Shown: piece after piece, positions 48,999 to 61,100 of the stretch | Layout: each line of letters opens with the position of its first letter | Numbering within the stretch: the first letter of the stretch is position 1 | Source: Bilabrum cf. latius | Taxonomy: Eukaryota | Length of the DNA stretch: 64,000 nucleotides | Direction: 5' to 3' | Assembly (NCBI GenBank): GCA_965178125.1 | Contig: OZ237761.1 | Location: forward strand, 434,001-498,000 | Notes under the pieces: model-generated | Database searches by the model: none | The model's input: only the letters and a program-made list of their open reading frames with translations | What the model was told of the DNA's origin: nothing | Position numbers and translations under genes: made by a program

Positions 48999-51914
48999 TT
49001 ACCGCGGTCGACCGCCGCGCGGCGACTCAATCTCAACGCTCGCCGGCGGCCTTGCGTTGCGACCACCTCGCCGAGCACCTGCCCCCTCGCCCCTGGCGTA
49101 CGCGGCATACCCGCCCCTGCCCCCACCCATCCCGCCACCTCCATCCTCCCAGTCATCGTCATGCCCAACAACCGGAGGCATCGGTGGCGGCCCACCGTCG
49201 TCCAAGTCCTCTACCATCGACGGCCCATGGCCCCCACGGCCGTAACCCGCCAGCCCGAACCGGCTGCTCCCGCGCCTCACCCAGGCCTCCGAGTCCTCCC
49301 TGCGGCCGTCCGAAGAGTCCCCATGCCGCCCGTAGGCTCCACCCCTGCCACCACCCCTGCCACCTAGGCCGTACGCAGCCGAGCTCTCTCTTCGATCGAA
49401 CCCCCCGCCGCCGAGCAGATACCCGCTGGACTCTTCCGTCAGCATCATGGATCGCCTGGGATAGTTCCCCGAGGTCTGCCCCGTCCCGTTGCTGCTGGCT
49501 GTCCCTCTTCTGCCCTGGCTGGCTGCGTACATGTCGTCAGGGTGGCCAGGACGGCCGAGTGCACCGCCGGCGAATCGCCCCCTGGACTCCACTGATCCGA
49601 TCCCAAGCCCTCCGCCATGCTGCTGCTGCACGTACCCATGCCCGGAGGCGTCGCTCTCCCTCCCCAGGCTTCCCATCCCGCGACCCGACTCGTCCATCGA
49701 CTCAGCGATGTCACCCCTATCCATCGCGGCCTCCCTCCAACCATCCAAAGTGGAGCCGCGCTAGCCTCCTCTGCCGCTGTTCCCCGGGACCCTGTACTGG
49801 TGGAACCCGGGCAGGCTGCCTAGCCCGTGGCTGGCTGGCGTTCCGCTCCCGCTGCTCCCGGACGGTGCCTCTCCCTCCCCCTGTAGCTGCGCCACCCTGC
49901 CACCGACAGGCACTCCACGCAAGGAAGCGTGCCCAGTACCGGCCCCTGCACCGCCGCCGTCCCCCGTCCCAGATCGAAGAGCGCGGGATCGTGCGTCGAG
50001 GCTGGACTCGTCTGCAAGCGAGGTACCCGCAATGGAGGGCACATCCGACTACAGTCCCTGTCGTGCGTACGAGCTGGTGGCCGGGTGTCCATCCGGCTCC
50101 GCGGTGCGGCGGTTCGATGCCCGCCCCTGCTTCCGCCTGTTTCCATGCCCACCACTTCGGGACCCCGGATACCTCTGCAACCCGGGGGAGTGTGACTCCA
50201 CCACTCCCCCCTCCCTAAGAGCCCCAAGCATCCCGAAACCCGGGCCATCCTCAATACTCAGGGGCGTGGCCGCGGCGAGCAGCCCGTTGCCCTAGGACTG
50301 CGAGCTCTCGGGTTCGAGACCCAGGCCAACCTCACCCCCGTACAGACCCAGCTCGTCGTCGCAACACCCCCCGCAGCACACGAACCACACATCCTCCGCC
50401 GTCATCGCCCCCCAATCCGAGCAGCAGCTTGCGCAAAAGAGCGAGTGAACGCACCGGAAGCACCCGACCGCGCAGCCCCTGGCCCCGCACGGCCCTTTGT
50501 ACCCTGACCCTGGCGCCCCATCACCCTCGCTATCCGCAGATCCGACAGACTTGGCCCCGGCCCCGCCGCTATTCCACCTGCTGTCTGGGACCTGGGCTGG
50601 CGATGCGCCTGGATGCCCTCCCGGACGGGAGCCCTCCCTACCCTCCAACGAGTCGTATGTGCCACCCACGCCAGCCCCCGCCAGCAAGGACTCAGCCAAT
50701 CCCTCGTGTGACGAGTATCCGCCGATGCTGTCGCCCCCTGGGGACTGGCCCCTGGCGTGGCTTCCCCCCTGCCCGTACTACTGCCTGTGCTCGTCCTCGC
50801 TGTCGGTGGTGAGCAGGCTCATGCCATCGTCAGGTGATAGCAGTGCACCGTGCTCGCGGGCGGGCCGAGCACCTGCTTTGCGGCCTGTGCGGGCCTTCTT
50901 GGGACCGGCCCGCAATAGCCTCGCCGCGATGCTCGCGAATCTGGAGAGGGCCGGCCGCGGCGGGCCGACTGCCACTGTAGCGAGCAGCAGGAGCACCGGA
51001 GCAACCTCCCAGGTGACTGTGAAACTGAGCAGGACGGCCTCGCTCGCTACGCTCCGCGAGCCTATGTTGACGGTGATCGCTTTGCATGCCGACAGAATAT
51101 CGAACACGGACCTCGACAGGAAGACCACGGCAATCGCAAACAGTATGCTGCCGACACAGGCGGGCACTCGGCGATTCTGGAGCTCCGCCGCAGTGTATTG
51201 CTGCATGCTCCACACGATAAACAGGAGGCCACAAGCAAGAACAAGAAATGTCACCCCGGACAGAACCAGTTGAATATGCGAAACCAATTCTTCCTCCTTA
51301 ACAAAGAACTTGTCTGCAGGATGATGCGCCGATTTCTCGTTGAGTGCCCCGGCTGCTATCGCGAGCGCTGATGAGAACACAGCGTGGAAAATAGAAGTGC
51401 CAATGAAAATATTAACCGCTCTCTCCTTCAGGTGGCCGCGTTGCCAGTCCAATCTACGCAGCATTTTGATAAAGAAGAGCTGCAGGAAGGCGAACAGCGT
51501 CCACTGAATTGCTGTAGGCATCCAGAATAGGATCAGCACGCCACTGTTCCACTTCCCCTCGTCTTCAAGAACTCCCAGCGTGTCAATTAACCAAAATATT
51601 GCTCGAAAGACGCTTTCGAGCAGGGTCAGCAAGCAGAAGCCCATCTGAAACGACCAAACCTTCGATCTTGTGCGTCGAATGGCCATTACTTGGAACGAAA
51701 GGGCGGCAATGAGACAAATATATAGTATCAGCAGGACGGAACCTGCAGCCAAGGCTATCCTTGACCTCGCCATGCTGAGCTGAACCTTTTTTGTAGCATC
51801 CAGTGGATTGACGAGCGGCGCCGCGCATGATGACTCGTCAACGGAACAGGACGGCCCGCTCGCGTCGAGAGGTTGCTGAAGGCTGCATGAGCGGTGCGAA
51901 TTGGTACTATTCAT
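48999..51914 (-). CDS. 7TM GPR137/TOM1-like membrane protein with long Gly-rich cytoplasmic tail (TAG at 50778, 50292, 50049, 49761; alternative start 51773)
   Basis: About seven hydrophobic segments in 50980-51770 (FWMPTAIQWTLF, TWEVAP). Downstream fragments are in the same frame to TAA 48999-49001. Confidence 0.72.
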
Positions 51915-51926
51915 TCCATCTCCAAG

Positions 51927-54900
51927 TCACCAGCTCCCTTCTACCTCCCACCCCGACTGATTAGGCTTCTCGCCACCTCCCCCACCACGCTTGCTCGGTG
52001 TCCTCCTCATCCACGGCGGCAGCTTTTTGCCCTTCTTTTTGTTCTTTCCCTGGCTTCCGTGCTTCCCACCACCGCCTTTCTTTTCATTCTTCTTGTTTTG
52101 CCTGGACTTGCTCTTGTCGAAGAGCTGCGAGGCCATGTCAACCGCGTCGCCCCGTGTGGACCAGTCTGTAGGCCGGGTGCCGCTCGCGTCGAACGGCAGC
52201 ATCGGCGGGCGGATCGTCACGTCCGCCTTTTCCCCGCTGTGAACTCGGAAGGAAAATCCATCGACAGCTCTCCTCCACAGCGTTGTTCCCTCGATTTCGA
52301 TCGGAGCCACGCTCGCCCAGCCTACCCCCGCCACGGACACGTCGAAGAGCGCGCGCCGCTGCCTCCTCTGCCGCCTCGATCGGACCCGCGCGGGACTTCC
52401 GCGAAGCAGCTCCTGCGCATGATCATCCCCCTCCTGCGCAGCCTTCAGTCTGTGGTCCAGGTCTTTGGGAGAAACGGTCTGCTGCAGCTGCATGGGGCCA
52501 GCGGAGGGGACCAACAGAAGGTCGCTGGGGCCCAGCCCGGCGGGTGGACCACCACGCTGCTATTTGCCTTGGCTTGCTCCCCGCGCGACCGCCGCCGCGG
52601 AGGTTCTTGCTTCTCGTGCGTCACTTGCATTAAGTTCTTGCACGCTGGCATCGCCGTCTGATCCCGATCTATCTGCGTCTGACCAGTCCTCCTCCTCGTA
52701 CTGCGACCCCCAGTCGTCCTGTGGGTGTGGGTGTGGCTGTGAGTGAGTTTCAGGCTGCGGGCCGGTTTGAAGATCGTCCTCTAAAGCAAGGTCGTTCGGG
52801 TCAGCCCTCTTGTCAGACAAGTAGGATGGCACTTCTTGCGCCCCGACAGCTGAACGCTGCGCACCGGGCAAAGACCCGTCACCTGAATACCGAAGGACGT
52901 GCCTGTCAAAGACACCGTCAGCTGCATCGGTTCTCGAGATGTGGACCGGCACGCCTCCATACACGGTCACCAGCACGCTCGAGCCGTCGGGATGATCAAC
53001 ATCGATGCGGGTCATTCCACCGAGAAATAAAGATTTCCCAGCCGGCACTCGGAAATGACGGGGCCGCGTGCGCTTGGCCGGCACCGCTCGCAGCAACATC
53101 CTCCTGGCTTCTGTTTGTCCGAGCAGAATGGGCGCTTTCGATGCAACCTGTTTAGAAATAGAGCTAGCTCGTGGATTTGTGGCCTGCGACTCGTCGATTG
53201 GATGCAGCTCGCTTTGCCTCCACTCCACCGCCTTGTCCACCTGCTCCACTCTCGGCTAGCCCAGCGCAAGGGATCGCAGCAGCCCCGCCCTCGGCGTGTC
53301 CTCGCCCAGCCCTGGGCAATCGATTAGCCTGCCGTCCTTCTGCGGGCGCTGCCCTGTTTTGTCCTTGCGCTTGTCGGCATCCTTCTTCCCGATGTCCGAT
53401 CCGGGCAGCCCCACAGCCACCATGCCAAGCGTGGTGCCGGGCGCTGCGGACGTCGTCAGTGGTACCGGCATGGCAAGTCTAGCCCACGGCATTGCCCAGC
53501 GCATGCTTCCGTGGGTCAGTTCGGAGCTGCCTAGACGCTGGGCCGGGGTCACAGCAGGAAGTACCGCAGACGACTGCGCAACCCCGCCGGACCCGGACCC
53601 TCCATCCGGGTCGGCAGACAGACCCGCCCTTGCTTCCAGCCTGCCCAGCGCAGGGTCCTAGCCTCTTCCTGCCGACAGCCAGGCGGGTCCCCTGTTCCCT
53701 GGTCCTACCCGCCCGCTCGCATCTGCGACCATATGACGGGGGACTGGCGCACCTGGATCCTCTGGGACAGCAGATCGAGCCATCGATGCGGCTTGTTCCC
53801 TTAGAGCAAGCGCCTCAGAGGCCGCGCCAGCTGCCGATACGGAGTTGCCGTCCTTGCCCTGGGCCTTGTTTCCTGCTCCAAGCTGAGGCACGTCATCAAT
53901 TTCAAATGACACGGGGCTCTCCGATGCCTGCCACGCCTCCCGGTCTGCCTTGGCCTGAAATCGGCTGCTCGAATCGCCTCGGCCAGGTGGACCGCTGAAG
54001 CCTGCAGACACCGTGGCATCCTCCCATGCAGCAGCGGCCACTCGATTGATGAGCGTGCTCTTACCAACGTTGACAGACCCGATGACGAACACGTCTCTCC
54101 CAAATCTCCTCGACTGGATCCACTGCGCCACGTCCGATGCGCCCTCTCCGGTGCGGGCCGAGCAGAACAGCACGTCCCAAACGCTGACCTCCTCCCGGGC
54201 GCGACCATCGTGCGATGAATCTGATACACGTGATGAGGGCTGCTTGGAAGCTGCCACTGATACACTGCTGTCTTCCCAGCCCTCCTGGCTGGTGCTAGGA
54301 GACCCGTCCGTGTCGCGACCTGCCTCCGCCCGGCGAGCATGCCAGCTCTTGGCCACAGGGGCATCGTTGTCGTCCATGGCGGCCGCGGGATCCTTCACGG
54401 GGCTGGACGGGGTGTCTACGTTTCTAGCCGGCTTTCCAACGCGGATGCCAAGTTCTCGAAGCCGCGCCCGCACCCAGTCCCGGAGGCGAGAGAAGGACGT
54501 GCCTGGCGGGAGCAAGTCGCACTTGTTGACCACCACGACAACGTCTCTGCCATGACCGAGCAACTCAGGCAAGTTGCGCACGGTGGTTCCTTCTAAATCC
54601 ATTGCGTCAATTACTAGCATTGCCATCGCTCGGCTTCGCGGACGCGCACGGATGTGCTCAATCATGCCATCAACATCTGCTTCCACTGGGTCAACGCGCC
54701 CGTAGTGCTTCATCGCGAAACACCGCGCGCATACAACTGGTGCTGATGAATGCTAGGACCCAGATTGGCCTGATCCTTTGCTTTTACCACTCCCACCGCC
54801 TGTGGTCGCTCTATTCAACACATCGGGGTTGATGTAACCAACAGCAGCAGGGGCTGTAGTCTGCAAAGGGACGCCACAGCCCCTACAACGAGGGCCTTTT

Positions 54901-55100
54901 TGCTTAGTTACATGCGTAGGCTCCCTTGTTTCATTCGACAGATGACTTCCAATCGTTTCTCCCGCTCCCCGGGCCATCGGCACCGTAGAAGAACTGCGGC
55001 GAGATAGCAACACGCTTCCTGAACCCCCAACGCGTAGTACATGCTGAATGGTCCTACCAAAGCCTAGAAACAACTAGCGTTTTGTTATTGCAACTCGCAT
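51927..55100 (-). CDS. NOA1: NOA1/YqeH-like circularly permuted GTPase, probably mitochondrial (TAG at 55074, 54753, 53658, 53256, 52560)
   Basis: CRGCG...PAAVGY and CARC Zn-binding motifs, then G4 NKCD, G5 SARTG, G1 GSVNVGKST, G2 PGTT, G3 DCPG in permuted order. Also SLFLGGMTRID and DVSVAGVGW; ends TGA. Confidence 0.85.
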
Positions 55101-55651
55101 GAACCTCATGGAAGTCCAATTATACCATATTGAAGCCTATGCAGAATGAACCATGTGACGAAAGTAACTTGAACCCGCTTCTGCCTACACATAATGAATT
55201 GATTCATCTTGCTCTTGTGAAATGTAATGGAAGTTGATATCATTGATTGTATCTCTGAGTTTGAGGCGGTAAGTAGCTCATTGTAGCCGTGTGCGTCCGT
55301 ATCACAGTGTGTTGCAATTATGTAGGCTATCATTTGGTGCACATAGTCTCGCAGGAAGGATCTGGCTGGTCATTTCACGCTTTTGTGCGCCATTGGAACT
55401 TGAAACTTCTGCATGATGTGCACCTTCTGCTGGATGGCCCAATATTTTCGAGATCCGAGCAGGTCTCGAATGGCTTTCACTTCAGACGAATGAGGCTGTA
55501 CCAGCAGTGGTATAAGGCTTGTCTAAATGTGTTCATATCGGCTTCATCGATTCGCATGCGGATCGCGTCGTTCTATTGCATGTACATGGTGCTCGTGACG
55601 CAGCCAGGCTTGGAGCAGGCCAGATCCCCAGTCCCTGCGCGATGCAGCACC

Positions 55652-57892
55652 ATGGCATGGGAAGCTCTCACAGGGCTTGCCAGGGCCGTTTTGGCGGCAT
55701 TCGCCGAGCACAATACTGTTAGTCGAGCAAAGCAACCGCCTGGCCACAGCTGGTTGCTCGACTACGTGAGAGCACTCCGCCGCTCGGTGCACGCAGGGCT
55801 GCTCGTGCCATCGTGCTCGGATGGGTGCGCGGGCTCGATCGCAAGCATGGCGGCTCTGCTCGAGAGCGTGGAGCCCGGGCTGTCAGTGCCAGCGGCAGTA
55901 ACGTGCGCCGAAAGGCCATCCGCAATTGCGGTAGATGACTTCAGGCTGGCACAGGCACAGGCACAGTCACAGTCACAGCCATAGTCTCTGTCGCATGGCG
56001 GCGGCAAGTCCTCAAGCGGCCGGAATACAGCTGCAGGCGGCCCAATGCTAAGGGGTTGCCCTATTGACCTGACACCAGCTGCCTCGTAGACATGGCTTAA
56101 CTTGCAGCGCCGATTCGATAGGGCTATGCCAGCCGTCGGCGCATTACTTGGCTTGAACTAGCTGGCTGTTGCAGCAGTACCTACTGCTTCGACTGGGAGT
56201 TCTCCCCCCAGCCTTGAACGGTATGGTAGCAGCTCAAGTGGCGAACGGTATGGTAGCAGCTCAAGTGGCAAAACATCCGCCACGGCTGACCAAATAGCTG
56301 CTGCTGAGGACTCGCTTGGCAGCATTGGTAGAGCTCCAGCAGGTACAGAAAGAACACAGGCTTCCTCTGGACACCACCGGTCTAGCGATGCAGATTCTGG
56401 AGAGGACGAGTCCTGGCACGAGTCCGAAGAGGACGACCTGTCGGACTCGTCTATCGGTACTGATGAGGGGGACGAGGAGGAGGATGCCGAAAGCAGCTCA
56501 ACCTTGCGAGCTGCTGGAGATGGTTCCGTGCCAACGAGGACCCAAGCACGGGGCAGGCGAGCACGCGCGCGTGCACGGGTGGCCTCTCTTGCTCTTGCTC
56601 TGCTCACAGGAGTGCCCAGGGGAAGGCAGTCAGTGCGCGACGCAGTATCGTCGTCCTTGCGTGAGCGCCTAGGGCACGATGAGGTTCATGGTACTTTTCT
56701 GCAGGCAGCAGTGCAAAGGGCCCTGCGCCGGCACCAGGCCCGGCGAAAATGCTCGCTTGGTGCTGTGCTGGGCAACATCCCTCGGCAATCGCATGAGTAG
56801 CGCCATAACACGTAGTCGGCGGGGTAGCAAGCAAATGCTCAAAGCCGACGAACATTTGTTCCAGAGTAGTTCCTCGCCGTGCATACAGACACGCCACTTG
56901 ACGCCTTCGATCGAAGTACTCGATTCGATACCGAGCGCAGTATGGGCACCGCGGGCCCTGCTGTTGCCATGGACGGATCCAGGTATGACCCAGCGGGTGA
57001 TGGCGAGCTCACAGATCGCCTGCGACATGCGGCTCGCAGAGCGCTGGTTCGTCGCAATCAGGAGAAGAAGCGGGGGCATTCCGGAGATATGCTGGGCCGA
57101 GCGGTGCTGGAGCCACTAGGTGGCGCATACGCTCGACTCGAGACAGGCGGCGCCGGGATGCGCATGGCTCGAGTGGGAGAGCAGCCATCAGATCTGGTGC
57201 GAGGGCTGGCACTTGCGAGGCGCCGCGACGAGGACGAGGACGGAGACGCATCTCCCAGCTCCGATTGGTCGTCCAGCAGCTCGGACGAGGGTACCGATTC
57301 GGCTCGCGGCAATGCCCAGGCAAGTGAGGCCCTGAAACGGAGCCCAGCCTAGCGGGATGGTGCAACAGCTGTGGAGATGAATGGCGGTGGCAGGAGTGAA
57401 AGCATGTCAAGCTCAGAAGACGAAGCTATCCTGGCGGATGGTGGGAGGCGTCGATGGGAGGATCTACCGCTCGTGTCATCGAGCGGATAGCTGTAGCGGC
57501 CAAGCGCAGGGGCTGATGATCGCGGAGTTGCTGAAGGACAGCCCCCTCCCATTCACCGCGGGTCAAGAGCAAGCGGTGGCACCCATGCAGCATCGCCCGC
57601 GTTGTCCGGTTCACCAGCTGCCGTATCGATGGCTAATGAGTCGGGGAATCAAGATGAGCATGGGCTACAGCTTGACGAGCACGAGCTTTCAGATGCCAGA
57701 GGCGACTTGGAGGACGAGGCGGAGAGGTGGTCTTCAACTGTGCGGATTGTGTACGGCCCGCCGAACATCGGTGCGGCTGCGCACAGGTCCCAAGAGTCGC
57801 AAGGCTCCACTTCGAGCACAACAATGGACATAGCGTTGCGGATGTGGAGGGAGCAAGCTCGGCTAGCTGAGATCGCAGCGATGCACTCGTAA
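55652..57892 (+). CDS. Hypothetical protein (~746 aa, acidic/low complexity; ~10 in-frame TAG)
   Basis: ORFs 55289.., 56504.., 56879.. and 57602.. share a frame broken only by TAG; ends TAA. Start uncertain. Confidence 0.6.
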
Positions 57893-58143
57893 GCCACGCT
57901 GTGCGATCTCCGAAATGGACGTGGATCCTCGGATCCCGGAGACCAAACAAAACTTTTTTAGAAACCTTGTGCGGTGTGGTGACTAGTACTCAGATCCTTT
58001 GGGGGATTCTGAAATCCGGGCCAGATCCGGACGAGACACAATAAACAAAAAACGCTTAATTGAAATTATCAGGACAACCTTTGACACCAGCGTCTTACTT
58101 GAAACTGATGGGCTGTATCCAGAGTATGTGGGATCTCCCACGT

Positions 58144-61100
58144 TTAATCTGACCCGCTGCTTTCACCATCGTCCCCTGCATCTGCACCACCACTCGTTGC
58201 AGGCACCAATTCGCCCAGGTACTTCTTGCCATGCTTCCTCGCCAGCTCATTGCGAACGGCAGTTGCAGCTGCACCGTGCTGCGCGAGCGACTAGAACCCC
58301 CTGCCCTATGCTCGAGGAACCCCGCCGTCAGCCGAATCGCTTGGCCTCACGCATCCCTGTACCGCGGCATGAAGCGCTGCACGAGCACCAGGCCCGAGAC
58401 CTGCTGCCGCTGCGTCCAACAGCCCACTCGCTTTAAGCCCATCCCCACCTGCAGCCAGTGATGCCGCGTCGGTCGAGCCGCCTGCACCGGCCCCGCCGAG
58501 GTGCATCATCATGCCTAGCAGCGCGCCGCAGAAGTCGTGGCCCATGCACTCGAGCTGCCTGGAGTCAAAGTGCCCCAGGGCACGCTCTCCCTGGGTCATG
58601 CCCGCAAACGACGCCTCGATCGTGTACGAAAAAGCCAGTGGCAGGTCCCTTGCCATGGCGACACGGGCACAGTTGGCCTTGGCACGATTGACCTTAAAGC
58701 TGCACGAGCCGAACGCGAAGTCGGTTGTTGTTCTACTCAATAGGAAGGGAAACAGGCGACCAGGAGTGCCGTGCGCCCATCGGTCATCGCAGCCGAACAT
58801 AAAGACGTTGCGGCGCCTTGAGTGGCCGTGAAAGTCACAGAACAGCAGAGGCCCACGATTTTGCCTGCGCACAGACAGCAGCATGTGCCTCAGATGCCAG
58901 ATGGTGGGCGCTTGCCGCCTGGTTGGAGTGGTCCAGTGTCTGTTCAGGTCGAATCCAGCCATATTCACGCGGTGATGCCCCGAGATGACGCCATCAGGGT
59001 TGAGGAAAGGGACGACTTTGAAGACGGCAAGCCTCCTGAGTGCCTGCGCCTGCTCGCAGCTCGAGGTAAGGAAATCGACCGCCCCGCGCATCATCCACGA
59101 TGCGTTCGTCTCGCCCGGATGCACGCGCGCGCTCAGCACCACCACCGGCCTGGCATCAAGGGGCACCCACGGAACGCCGCTAACGTCAAAGGCAGCCGGC
59201 GCGATCTCGGTATCTGTGATTGTGAGCAGCGGGAGCGGGTTGCCCAGAATGGAGTGGCATAGCACCGACCTGCTCATGTACCTGGAATGGAACAAGGCGC
59301 CCACAGGCAGCAGTCGGGAGTCTCCAGCACCTTCTGGGGAGGCATCATCGCCTGGTCCTACTTGTACCGTAGAGGTCGGGAGGCTGGAGGAAATCGTCTG
59401 AACTGGTTCTCCGGTCCGCTGCAGCTTGAGAGCCATGGCTTTGGCAGCTCTTGGACTGGACACCCGAAGTGTCGGTGCCGCATCATCGAGGGTCCCGTCC
59501 GGCAGGGGGGAAGCAGACGGCGGTGGCCGTCTATCAGATGCAGCAGCGAAAGGCTCATGCGGGCGGATGCACTGCTCTGCGGCATCCAGGGGAGCCTCCA
59601 CCAAAGGCACCGTCCCGTCCTCCTCGAGCCCCTCAAGCCGCAGCGCGCGGTGTTCCCAGCGACGTACATCCCGAGCCATGTCAGAGTACGTGTAGGGGTA
59701 GCAGTAGCACATCCAGAAGCGGCGGGTACCTGGGGGCAGGCGCAGCGTCCATACCTCTGTCCACAGCTGCTAGGTGTCAGGGTGGGGCTGTCCGCTGCTG
59801 GGGGTATCATGTTTGACTGTGCCTTTGGCGTCCTCTCCGGCCTTAGACGACTTGCCCGGTGCATGCTGGAGGGCGGCCTTGATGTCAGCAACGGCCTGTT
59901 TCGCGCGAGCGACAGCCTCTCTGGCTGCTTCGGGTGAGGGTGCTTGGTAAGGATCTAGCACATCACCAAGCTGCGGGACTGCACCGGTGTCGCTCACGTC
60001 GATTTTTGATTCTCTGGCAGCCTATGATTTGCCTCCAGCGGGCGCAGCATTGTCTTCTTGACCCGCTGCCGGCTCGTGCGGCGTCGCTCCGGGAGTGGGC
60101 AGCTGAGACCTCATCCAGGGACTGTCCAGCTCTGGTGCCTGGCCTACTTGCCGCTTCTGCTTGCGCATGTGGCTTCGGAAATACGCCACATCGATCCCTA
60201 GCCTCCGCCACCCGTCGCCAGCGGGAGGATCTCGCCAGAGGATGGACGTGCTCGGCGCGTCGTGTGCGTCGGGATCCGCAGCACCGACTGTCGGTGGAAC
60301 CTCTCCGCCTTGCAACGCGGACTGCAGCGCCGACACGCAACCCTGGGCCAGCTACGCCCCGTGAGACCTCCAACACCTCTCTGGCAGCGGTGTCGATTCG
60401 CCCGTGGTGCCTTCCACGTACACGACTGGTCGCATGCCGTGGTTATAGCTGGAATCTGCCTTTTCCAGGTTAAGGGCAGCAAGGGTTACCTCGATTGGCT
60501 GGTGCATTGCACGCAGAGTACGCGGATCGGACGGGCCGTCGGACTCCTTGCCAGCTGATTTGTCCGCGCCTTCTTTCACGACGTCGCACTGGAAGTTGAA
60601 CCACTAGGTATGACCCCCGGTGTTGGTGTCGGGGTCCAGCAAAAGAGCGTACTGCGATGGACCGACCCTCACGGCCGCCCTCAGGTTGCCAGTCTCGTAC
60701 CTTGACTCGAACTCCAGCCGCACGTCGTGCGAGTTTTGAGGCAGCTGCGGAGTGCTCTTGCTGCCCCCGGGGGCTCCCTATCGGCCGGGCGGGGTGATAG
60801 CTTCGAGGGCAATGGCTCGCCTGGTCGTTTCCGACGAGACGGCAACGGCAGCGTGCGGATTGTCACCGCCTTTCGCGAAAGCGGATCCGGTACTCCTGAC
60901 TGGGCTAGCGTCCTCGAGCACGTCTGTACTCGCCTCGTGGGTCTTCGGATCGATAGCAACCGTATGGCCGGAACCGACGAACTGGCGGAGGAGCACATCA
61001 GCCAGGAGTTCGCCCCTCTTGACAGCCCCAGAGCTGCCAGGTCCGATTCCATCCTGCCCCTCGCGCTCAGTGCCATCTGCACCCTGTGGCCGGGGCGGAG

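Noticed and set aside
56216-56269. 27-nt perfect tandem duplication
   Set aside because: In-frame slippage duplication (ERYGSSSSG x2) in a low-complexity region.
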